Shown in pieces: positions 11,697 through 22,616 of a stretch of DNA of 64,000 nt. Each line of letters starts with the position of its first letter. Position 1 is the first letter of the stretch. Both the position numbers and the translations under genes were made by a program. The stretch covers positions 1-64,000 of the forward strand of contig JASTWF010000331.1 in NCBI GenBank assembly GCA_030390025.1, written 5' to 3'. The notes under the pieces were generated by a model, which was not told the origin of the DNA, did not search any database, and was given only the letters and a program-made list of their open reading frames with translations. The stretch is from Squalus acanthias (Eukaryota).

Positions 11697-13680
11697 GAAC
11701 ATAAGAACATAAGAAATAGGAGCAAGAGTAGGCCATTCGGCCCTTCGAGCCTCCTCCACCATTCAATGAGATCATGGCTGATCTTCTGCCTCAACTCCAT
11801 TTACCGGCCCTATCGCCATATCCCTTGCTGCCCTTACTAGTCAGAAATCTATCGACTTCTGTTTTGAATATACCCAATGACTGAGCGGCCACAGCCCTCT
11901 GGGGTAGAGAATTCCAAAAATTCACCACCCTCTTTGTGAAGAAATTTCTTCTTATCTCAGTCCTGAGGCTGTGGCCCCTGGTTCGAGACTACCCAGCCAA
12001 GGGAAACATTCTCCTAACACTCACCCTATCAAGCCCTGTAATAATTTTGTTTGCTTCAATGAGATCTCCTCTCATTGTTCTGAATTCTAGAGATTACAGG
12101 CCTAGTTTACTTAATCTATTCTCATACGAAATTCCTGCCATCCCAGGAATCCATCTCGTGAACGTTCGTTGCACTCCCTCTATGGCAAGTACATCCTTCT
12201 TATGTACAATTGTACACAGTACTCCAGGTGTAGTCTCACGAAGGCCCTATATAAATGGAGTAGACTTCTTTACTCCTCTACTCAAATCCTCTTGTAATGA
12301 AGGCCAGCATACCATTTGCTTTCCTAATGGCTTGCTGTACCTGCACATTCACTTTCAGTGACTCATGTACAAGGACACCCAGAGCCATTTGAGCATCTGC
12401 AGTTCCCAAACTTTCAACATTTAGGAAATACACTGCCTTTCTGTTTTTTCTACCAAAGTAGATTACTTCACATTTATCCTCATTATATTCCATCTGCCAT
12501 GTACTCGCCCACTCACTGAGCCTGTCGAGATCCCCTTGAAGCCTCTTCACATCCTCTTCACAAATGACACTTCAACCTAGCTTCGAATCATCAGCAAATT
12601 TGGAAATGTTACATTTAGTACACTCATTCAAATCATTGATATAGATTGTGAATAGTTGGGGCCCAAGCATCGATCCTTGCGGTACCCCACGAGTCACAGC
12701 CTGCCATCCTGAAAAAGACTCGTTTATCCCTACTCTTTGTTTTCTGTCTGTTAAGCAATTCTCAAACCATATCAGTGTATTAACCCCAATTCCATGTGAG
12801 CTAATTCTGTTTACCAACCTCTTGGGTGGGAACATATCGAAGGCATTCTGAAAATCCAAATACACCACATCTACCGTTTCCCCTTTGTCAACTCCACTAG
12901 TTACTTCCTAAAGAACTCGAATAGATTTGTCAAACAGGACTTCCCTGTCATAAATCCATGTTGACTCTGTCCAATATTACTATTAATTTCTAAGTGCCCA
13001 GTTATTGCATCCTTTATAATAGGTTCCAGCATTTTCCCAACTGCTGATGTGAGACTAGCAGATCTGTAGTTTCCCGTTTTCTCTCTCCCTCCTTTCTTAA
13101 ATACTGGGGTTACATTTGCTATCCTCCAATCTGCAGGAACCGTTCCAGCATATATAGAATTTTGGAAGATGATAACCAATGCGTCCACTATCCCAATGGT
13201 CACCTCTTTCAAAACGCTAGAATGTAGGTCGTCCGGACCTGGAGATTTATCGACTTTTAGTCTCATTCATTTTGCTGGTGCTGTTTTTTTACGAATAATA
13301 ATTTCTTGAAGTTCCTCATTCTCTCCACACCCTTGGTTTTCTCGTATTTCTGGGAGGTTTTTCGTGTCTTCCTCCGTGAAGACAGAAACAAAGTATGTAT
13401 TTAATTTCTCAGCCATTTCCTCATTCCCCATTATACATTATCCCGTCTCTGACTGTAAAGGACCTATATTTACTTTCGCCAGTCTTTTCATTTTCACATA
13501 CCAATAAGAAGCTTTTACAATCCGTTTTTATATGTTTTGCCAGTTTGTGCTCATATTCCATTGTCCCTTTCTTTGTCAATTTCTTGGTCCCCCTTTGCAG
13601 ATTTCTAAAAACATCCCAATCCTCAGGCTGATCGTGTTTTCTGGCAACTTTATAAGCTTCCTCCTTTTACTTAATACGAG
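11697..13680 (-). mobile_element. 5'-truncated CR1 LINE
   Basis: RT fragments (KSPGPD, YLDFQ, PQGSMLGP, FADD). (aagaacat)n tail at ~11697-11716. Confidence 0.93.
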
Positions 13681-13689
13681 CTTTAATTT

Positions 13690-15090
13690 ATTAGAAAAGA
13701 CAATGCTGAAAACACTCAGCGGGTCAGGCAGCAGCGGTGCAGAGGGAAACAGAGTTAACATTTCAGATCGATGACCTTTCATCAGAAATGGAAGATCTCA
13801 GAGATTAACAGTATTAAAGCAATGATAGAGTCAGAGAAAATTGCGGTTGCATAAGGAAAGAACAATGTCTGTGATTGGCTGGAGGGCAGGAGTAACTCAA
13901 TGACAAAAGGGATGAAGGTGCAAGGCGAATGGGACAATGAAAGAAACAGAAGATGGTTCTACAGGAGGTGTAAATGGTTACAGCAGAATAACCAGGGGGA
14001 GGGGTAGTAGGGCACATATGGCAGAGAAAGTTGGGTAGACCCCAGGTGTTTGGACCAGCCCGCTGGCCGTGTACCGATATCGCCACTCCATGCCCCAGCC
14101 CACACCTCCTCCACTCCCAGTGGCTCTGGTTGAAACGTCCTCCATTACCAGCACATGTCGTCCGAGAAAACGGGAGCGGAAGTTATGATTTGAAGTTTTT
14201 AATCTAAGTGTTGAGTCCGGAAGGCAATAAAATGCCTAACCAAAAAATACGGTGATGTTCCTCATTTGAGGAGGCCCAGAACAGAGAGTTCAGAGTGTGA
14301 GTGGGATGTAGAATAAAAGTGGCAAGTGACCTGAAGCTCAGGATCAAACTTGCGGACTGAACGGAGGCGTTCAGCAAAGCAATCACTCAATCTGCATTTC
14401 GTCCACCCAATGTACAGGAGACTGGATCGTAGGCAACGAATATGATACACTAAATTGGAAGAAGTACAAGTAAATTAATCTTTCACGTGGATGGAATGTT
14501 TGGGGCCCTTGCTGGAGGGATGGAAAGACTGGAAAGGGCGTAAGTTGCATCACCTGCACTTGCACAGGAAGGTGCCGGGGAATGGGAGCAGATCTTCGGG
14601 GTGACGGAAGAGTGGATCAGGGTGTCACGAGGGCCGGGAGGACAGTAGGGCAGGTGGCCTTAACTGGACATGACGGAAATGGCAGAGGATGATCCGTTGA
14701 ATGTGAAGTCTGGTGCAGTGAACGCTGAGGACAAGTGGAACCCTATCTAGGTTCTAGCAGGGATGACAGGGGTGATGGCAGCAACACAGGATTGACACGG
14801 TCGAGGTACCTGTCAATCACAATGGAGCTGAATATCCGGCTGAGGAAATATGAAGACATTTCGGAAGCACTGTTGTGGAAGGTGATATCGTTAGAACATG
14901 TGCAACTGAAGCGGAGTAACTTTGAGAATAGAATAGACACCTTAGAGGAAGCTGCGTGGTAGGAGGTCTACACAAGATTCCTGTGGGAGCCGGTGGGTTA
15001 TTGTAGATATTGGTGGGCGGCCTAGCCCCTGAAATGGAGATAGAGAAGCCGAGTAAGGGAAGGGAAGACCACTGTGGTTCACCATTTCCA
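13690..15090 (-). mobile_element. Penelope-like retroelement remnant (GIY-YIG endonuclease and 3' region)
   Basis: YHIRCLRSSLLYIGWTKCRLSDCFAERLRSV...VTCHF...LSVLGL (14262-14450), a Penelope-type GIY-YIG domain. Confidence 0.85.
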
Positions 15091-15183
15091 TGTTATTCCT
15101 GTATTTAAAATCGATGATAGAACAATTCCAAGGATTTACAGGAGACTGGATCGTGGCCAGCGAATATGATATACTAAATTGGA

Positions 15184-16486
15184 AACATAGAAATATAGAA
15201 ACATAGAACATAGAAGATAGTAGCAGGAGTAGGCCATTCGGCCCCTCGAGCCTGCTGCGCCATTTAATGAGATCATGGCTGATCATACAAATTCAGTACC
15301 CTGTCTCTGCTTTCTCCCAATATCCCTTGATTCGTTTCGCCTTAAGAAATATATCCAACTACTTCTTTAATATATTTAATGATTTGGCCTCAAATGCCTT
15401 CTGTAGTAGAGAATTCCGCAGGTTCACCACTCTCTGGGAGAAGAAATTGCTCCTCATCTCAGTCCTAAATAGATTACCACTTATCCTTTGACTGTGACCT
15501 CTGGTTCTGGAATGCCCCGCCATCGGGAACATCCTTTCTGCATCTAGTCTTTCTAGTCCTGTTAGAATTTTAAAACTTTCAATGAGATCCCCTCTCATTC
15601 TCCTAAACTCTAGCGAATACAAGCCCAATCGACCCAATCTCTCTTCATACGTCATTCCTGCCATCCCAGGTATCAGTCTTGTGAATCTTCGCTGCACTCC
15701 CTCCAAGGCAAAAACATCCTTTCTCAGGAGGGGACCAAAACTGTACACAATACTCAAGGTGTGGTCTCACCAATGCCCTGTACAACTGCAGCAAGACAGC
15801 CTTGCTCCTGTACTCGAATCCTCTCGCTATGAAGGCCAACATACCATTTGCCTTCTTAACCACCTGCTGCACCTGCATGCTTACCTTCAGCGACTGGTGC
15901 ACAAGGACATCCAGGTCTCGTTGCACTTCCCCTTTTACCAATCTATTGACGTTCAGATAATAATCTGTCTTCCTGTTTCTGCCACCAAAGTGGATAACCT
16001 GGCATTTATCCACATTATACTGTATCTGCCCAATCACGCAACCTGTCCAATTCATGCTGGATTTTCTCTGCTTCCTCCTCACAGCACACACGCCCACCCA
16101 GCTTTGTGTCATCTGCAAACATGGAGACATTACATTTGTTCCCTAGTCTAGATCATAAATATATATTGTGAATAGCTGGGGTCCGAGCACCGATCCCTGC
16201 GGTACCCCACTAGTCACTGCCTGCCATTCGGAAAAATATGCGTTTATTCCAAGACTGCTTCCTGTCTGCCAAACAGTTCTCTATCCAAGTCAGTACCTTA
16301 TCCCCAATCACACGTGCTTTAACTTTGCACGCTAATCTATTATGCGGGACATTATCGAAAGTCTTCTGAAAGTCCAAATACACCATATCCACTGTTTCTC
16401 CCTTATCTATTCTAACAGTTACATCCTCAAGTCATTCCAGTAGATTATTCCAGCACGATTTACCTTTTGTAAATACATGTTGACTT
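15184..16486 (-). mobile_element. Young 5'-truncated CR1 LINE
   Basis: RT ORFs 15359-15757, 15645-16130 and 16210-16392. (catagaa)n tail at 15186-15215. Confidence 0.93.
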
Positions 16487-17130
16487 TGAAGAAGTACAAA
16501 TAAATTAGTCTTTCACGTGGATGGATTGTTTGGGGCCCTGGCTGGTGGGATGGAAAGAGGGGAAAGGGCAGCTGTTGCATCTCCTGCGCTTGCATAGAAA
16601 GGTGCCGCGGAAGGGGAGCAGATGTTAGTGGTGACGGAAGAGTGGACCAGGGTGTTGCGAGGGCCGAGGGGACGGGAGGGCAGGGGAAGATAATTTTGTT
16701 TCTGGCCTTAGCTGGACACGATGGAAATGGCAGAGGATGATCCGTTGAATGTGAAGGCTGGTGCAGTGGAATCTGAGGACAAGGGGAACCCTGGGTTCTA
16801 GCTGGCAAGTCAAGGGGTGATGGGTGCAATGCAGGATTGACACGGTCGAAGGCTCTGTCAATCACAATGGAGGTGAATACTCGGCTGAGGAAATATGAAG
16901 TCTTTTCGGAAGCACTGGTGTGGAAGGTGGCATCGTTAGAACATATGCAACGGTGGTGGAGAAACTTTGAGAATAGAATATAGCCCTTCCAGGAAGCCGG
17001 GTGGAAGGATCTCTCCTCAAGATTCCTGTGGGAGTTGCTGGGATTATAGTAGATATTTGTGGACGGCCTAGCCCCTGAAATGGAGATCGAGAAGTCGAGG
17101 AAGGGAAGGGAAGACCACTGTGGTTCACCA
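16487..17130 (-). mobile_element. Duplicated Penelope-like segment (copy of ~14458-15085)
   Basis: Collinear similarity to 14458-15085, e.g. gcagaggatgatccgttgaatgtgaa and ggaagaccactgtggttcaccattt. Confidence 0.85.
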
Positions 17131-17134
17131 TTTA

Positions 17135-19270
17135 CATGTTATTCCTGTATTTAAAATGGATGATAGAACAATTCCAAGGATTTACAGACCAGTTAGCATA
17201 ACCTCGATGGTAGTAAAGATAGTGGAATAATTACTCAAAGATGTAACAGAAAACCATATACAAACAGAAAATATAAGAACGAGTAGTCAACAGCTATTCC
17301 AAAAGGGAATCATAGAATGGTTACTGCACAGAAGGAGGCCATTCGGCCCGCCGAGCCCGTGCACACTCTCTGCACATGCACTGCAGCTAATCCCAATCCC
17401 CGCCCTTTCCCCGTAGCCCTGCAATTCTTTTCCTTCAGGTATTTATCCCATTTCCTTTTAAAAGCCAAAATTGAATCTTCCTCCTCCACCCTTTCAGAAA
17501 CTGCATTCCAGATCTCAACCACTCACTGCCTTAAAAAGTTTTTCCTCATGTCACCTCTTGGACCATCAGCACATCACCTAAATCCTCTGCTCGCTGGTTC
17601 TCGTCCGTTCCACCAATGGGAACAGCTTCTCTCGATCTACTCTGTCTACTCTGTTGCGAACCCTCATGATTTTGATCACCTCTATCAAATCTCCTCTCAA
17701 ACTGCTCTGCTCTAACGACAACAACTCCAGCTTATCCAGTCTATCCACGTAAGTGAAGTCCCTCATCCCTGGAACCATTCTTGTAAATCTTTTCTGCACC
17801 CTCGCTAAAGCCTTCATGCCCTTCCTAATGTGCAGAGCCCAGAATTAGACACAATACTCCAGTTGTGGCCGAACCAATGTTTTATAAATGCTTATCATAA
17901 CTTCCTTGCTTTTGTACTCGTTGCCTCTATTTATAAAGCTCAGATTCCCGTAAGCATGTTTAACCGCTTTCTCAACCTGCCCTGCCACCTTCAACGATTT
18001 TTGTACTTGTACCCTCAGGTCACTCAGTTCCTGCACCCCCTTTAGAATGTCTTGCTTGAGTATACTTAGTGAATTCTTTGAATAAGTACCAGAAAGAGTA
18101 GATAAGGGTAATGCAGTAAATGCAAAAGACTTTGGTTTTTTAAAGCCATTCGATAAGGTACCACATAGCAGACTGAATCAGAGAGCAAGTGGAGTTCGGA
18201 GACAAGCAGCAAAATGGATAGCAAGATGGCTGCAAGAACAGAAAATAGGGAGTAGTGGATAAAGTTATTTAATCAGATAGGTGGATGGTGAGAAGTGATG
18301 TTCCACAATGATCGGCGTTGCGAACCCTGTTGTTCACCATTTAGATAAACGATATTGATTCGGGAAGCAGAAGCACAAATTCAAAATGTGCAGATGAATT
18401 CAAATTGAGAATAAAGTTAATGCAGAGGAAGAATGCAACACAATACCTGAAGACATTAATAAACTTGCAGAAAGGGCGTTTAAATGGAAAATTTATTTCA
18501 ATATAATTAAGTGAGAGGTACTGCATTTTGGTAGGAAGAATAAGGTTCCCAAATACTCCTTGGAAAATCAGAGTGGGAATGGGGTAGAGGGGTACCGATT
18601 AACAAATCATTTAAAGTAGCAATGCATGTTAACAATGCCAGAACATGCAAACAAAACATTGGCTTCATTTCTCGAAGAGTAGAATCGTAAAGAAACGAGG
18701 TTAGCTTAAACTTATACAGAACCTTGGTTATACCACACTGAGCGAACTGTGTGCAGTTCTGATCTCCATATTACATAAAGGATATTAAGGCTCTGGAGAA
18801 AGTGCAATTTTTTTTACAAGGATGTCACCAAAACTGAGACATTATAATCATCAGGAAAGATTGAACAGGCTGGGGCTCCTTTCTTTACCAAAGAGAAGGC
18901 TGAGGGGTGGCCTAATAGAGGCCTTTAAATTCTGAAGGGGTAACATAGGGTAGATGTTTATACTTGAGACGTGAGTGCAAAATTGGTGATTATCGATAAA
19001 AGATAGTCACTAATAAATCCAATACGGAATTGTGGAGAAATGTCCTTACTCTCAGAGATAGGTTAGAATGTGGAACTCGCTACAACTTGGAGTACTTGAG
19101 GCGAATAGCAGAGATGCATTTAAGGGGAAGCGAGAGAAGTACACGAGGTAGAAAGCAGTAGAATGTTATGCTGATAGGGTGAGATGAAGAGGGGTGGGAG
19201 AAGGCTCCTGTGGAGCATAAACACTGGCATAACCTAGTAGGGCCGAATGGCCTGTTTGTGCTGTAAATTC
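17135..19270 (+). mobile_element. Old CR1 (shared with the copy 2 intron) interrupted by a minus-strand CR1 at 17311-18044
   Basis: Decayed RT and 3' end ggccgaatggcctgtttgtgctgt. Collinear with 52290-53730. Confidence 0.8.
17311..18044 (-). mobile_element. Nested CR1 3' fragment
   Basis: KTLVRPQLEYCV and LEQSSLRGDLIEV motifs. Flanked by GAAT on both sides. Absent at the paralogous site (~52500). Confidence 0.85.
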
Positions 19271-19867
19271 TAAAGAGTTCTCCGTAACTTGAGTACAAAT
19301 TAATCACTTTCATCAGATCATTTAATCATTGCGGATATTGAAGCGTTTTATTTATTGAAGTATTGCCCTATATATTACATTTTTATACATTTATTAATGA
19401 TCTGTGTATTATGAAAACCGGATATGCATGTTCTTCAGTTATACGTGTCTCTCCTCGCAGGGACTCACCTCACTGAGCTAAGGCCAGAGTTCGGTGCAGG
19501 TTACCTGTGTCGAGACTCTGAATCAGAGATAAGAACTGGTTCGTCAATTCTTAATCAGTTACAGAAGTGGAATAAACAATAACCACAGCCCAATATTCAT
19601 CCCGTCTAACGGTAACATAATGACATTTAGCACTCATGACCCACAGATTCTCAGGACTGTGTTGGGGGAAGGGGATTAATCAGCACCAAAATAATTAAAG
19701 TGTTTACAATAACTATACATAGAGTAAGAATAAGTCATTATACAGAAGATTTGAATATTGTAACACTGCTGTCCTGCTGTTTACCCGTCAGTAATTAGTT
19801 AACATCTGTTTATGTTTGTGCAGTTCAATAGGAAACAAAGCATTATCAGTACAAGAACCTTATATAT

Positions 19868-20368
19868 GAACATAAGAAAATAAGAAATAAGAGCAGGAGT
19901 AGTCCATACGGCCCCTCGAACCAGCTCCGCCATTCAATAAAATCATGGCAGATCATCGACCTCAAAAGCCCTTTCCTGCCTGATCTCTTTATCACTTGAT
20001 TCCCGTGGAGTCCAACAACCATCTATCTAAGTCTTGAATATAATTAAAGACACAGCATTCACAGGCCTCTGGGGCAGGGAATTCCAAAGATTCACAAACC
20101 TCTGAGTGACGAATATCCTTCTCCTCTCAGGTTCAAAAGGCCCACCCCTTATCCTGAGCCTATGCCCCCTAGTTCTAGACATGCCTACCAGGGGAAACAA
20201 CCTCTCAGCATCTAATGCTGGCAATTCACTTCAGAATCTTGTATGTTGCAATGAGATCACCTCTCATTCTTCTAAACTGCAGAGAGTACAGGCCCATTCT
20301 ACACAATCTCTCATCATAGGACTACCCTTTCATCCCAGAAATCAATATCGTGAACCTTCGCTGCAGCG
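19868..20368 (-). mobile_element. CR1 3' fragment
   Basis: LDAERLFPLVGMSRTRGHRLRIRG...VNLWNSLP with a tail at ~19868-19890. Confidence 0.88.
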
Positions 20369-20512
20369 CGTCATATGCTTCTAACGAAACTTCTTCAACC
20401 AACAACAAAAATCTTCCCATTTGCCATTGATTCCATTGAGAAAACACGAATGCAGCTCCCTGAAGGAGAGAGATCAAAAATCTAAAATAATAATTTAAAA
20501 TTGGAACCGACT

Positions 20513-20990
20513 TGTTCCACTCCGGTTAGTTACCCACACTCAGTACAATTCTACAGTGAGCGATACACTCAGTAATAAATGGCCACTGGGGTCAGGTTTT
20601 ACAATCCGGTTAGTGACACACAATCAGCAGTTCTACAGTGACAGATACTCCGAGTAATACATGATCACTGGGGTCAGGTGTTCCACTCCTGTTAGTGACC
20701 CACACTCAGTACAATTCTACAATGACAGATACTCCCAGCAATACATGGCCAATGGGGTCAGGTGTTCCACTCCGGGTAGTAACCCACACTCAATAGTTCT
20801 ACAGTGACAGATATCCCAGTAATACATGGCCACTGGGGTCAGGTGTTTCACTTCGGTTAGTGACCAACACTCAGTACAGTTCTACAATGACAGATACTCC
20901 GAGTAATACATGGCCACTGGGGTCAGATGTTCCACTCCGGTTAGTGAACCACACTCAGCAGTTTTACAGTAACAGATACTCCCAGTAATA
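20513..20990. repeat. ~84-bp minisatellite, ~5-6 units (copy 1 intron)
   Basis: Unit ggccactggggtcaggtgttccactccggttagtgacccacactcagtacaattctacagtgacagatactcccagtaatacat, recurring at ~20581, 20662, 20747, 20828 and 20912. Confidence 0.9.
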
Positions 20991-21055
20991 CCTTCTCTCA
21001 GCGTGTTACTTACACTGAGCTCTGATTCAACAGTACACAATATTACTGTAAAGGC

Positions 21056-21797
21056 AATGGCCCAAAAATTCGTGAGGAAGCCTTCGTGCGAGGGTAAGGC
21101 CTCCCCGCGATCTCTCACTCCGCGTTGGCTTTTTCAGTTCCAGCTCGCACGAACTTGATGTTCTGGACAGCTGCTGTGCTGGGCTTGCGTATCCCACCGG
21201 CGTAGTTAATTCGTGCGAGCTGTGGGATCACGTGACTCAGTTAGAGCCAATGGCAGCACACCATCTTCCATTCATAACTTTCACATAAGTGCTGTGAAAG
21301 TTATGAATACTATAGCCCCCCAAAAGAACCGCTAAACCTCAATTAATTTAAAAAAACCATCACATTAATAAAATAAGTATAATTAAATAAATTAACCATT
21401 TTAAATAAAAAATTTAATTTTTGAAAAAATTTAAAATCTTTTAAAAAGTTATAAAAATAAACTTACCTGTCTTTAAAGTCTCTAAAAAAGATATACCTGT
21501 TAAAAAAAATCAAATTAATACTTAATTCACTGCTTACCTTGTTAAAAGTGGGTCTTACTCCTTTTTTTATGTGTAGAATCTTCCGTACTTACCTGCGCGT
21601 TGAAACCACTAAGTGCACAGCGTGCGCGCAGACTGTAGCGCGCACGCGGTTCACCTAGGACCCGCCCCCTTTTCCATTCACCAAGTGCCGGTTTTCAGCG
21701 CATGCGCAATGCATGCAGAAATCCGGCAATTGGAGACAGAATACGCGAGAGTACGCAGTGCGTACTCTCGCGTAGCGGCACTAATTTTTGGGCCATT
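21056..21797. mobile_element. MITE with perfect 15-bp terminal inverted repeats
   Basis: aatggcccaaaaatt (21056-21070) and aatttttgggccatt (21783-21797), with an AT-rich core. The empty site gcaataactt is at ~55269-55278 in copy 2. Confidence 0.85.
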
Positions 21798-22033
21798 AAC
21801 TTCTTAACACAGCGAGCCCGTGAGTTACAAACAGAGTTTTACTTTCAGTTGAGGCAATGGAATAAAACCTCAGAGGTAATTCAGGTCATTTGACTAAACG
21901 AAATGTTATCACTGATCGTGTATCTGTATAACGGTGACGACTAGATCAGGATGCAACATTATCAGACACAGAGTAAAACCAGAGACCCGGACACACAGAG
22001 ATTGACACAACTTCAATAGTTATAATCACTTAC

Positions 22034-22100
22034 CAGGAACACCGATGACGGCAATGATCACGTAGCATATTTTCTGCACACTGAGATATGTGCCAATCAT
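22034..22100 (-). CDS. GPR139-like GPCR coding exon 1, copy 1 (MIGTYLSVQKICYVIIAVIGVP)
   Basis: ATG at 22098-22100, 22 codons + 1 nt, then donor GTAAGT. The leftover G joins TG AAT of exon 2 to give ...IGVP-VNLLAI, restoring TM1 with N1.50. A paralogous exon of identical length is at 55504-55570. Confidence 0.88.
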
Positions 22101-22186
22101 TTTCTGTGTGAAGCGATGTGTCCCTTTGTGCTGCAGGCAATCTCTCTGAATTAAACTCTGAGGCGGGACATTCCCAGAGCCTTTCA

Positions 22187-22192
22187 TTTATA
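22187..22192 (-). promoter_or_regulatory. TATA box (TATAAA) of GPCR copy 1
   Basis: 87 bp upstream of the exon 1 ATG. The same motif occurs at the same distance in copy 2 (55657-55662). Confidence 0.6.
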
Positions 22193-22616
22193 CACTGCGG
22201 GATCTCCACGGGGAAATTGAGGTTGCAACATCGCTGAAAATGCTATTTAAAAAAAAATTTGAACAAACAGATGACAGCCGAGTTAATTCCCTGTTATGAT
22301 GGAATATATTTTGTGCTGAGATTGTAATTGAAAACCCCAAAGACCGAAGAATTCTGATCACATGAATTAACTATTGGAAATTGCCAGCTGTATTCTCCCA
22401 GCAATGGGGTTGTTTTTGCAAACACCACCAGGCCCATCTCTAGACCTCATATTGTTTCGGTGATGTCCTTCACTCTGCTGTGGCCAGTCAGTAATTAAAT
22501 TCCAAATGTTAGAGTGCACTCTCAGGGCTTTTCTGCTGCACTCTGGGATGCGGCTGTCCGCCTTAACTGTGGCCATTTAGTTAAACAATTCAACAGGGGA
22601 ATTTGTATCAATGGAT

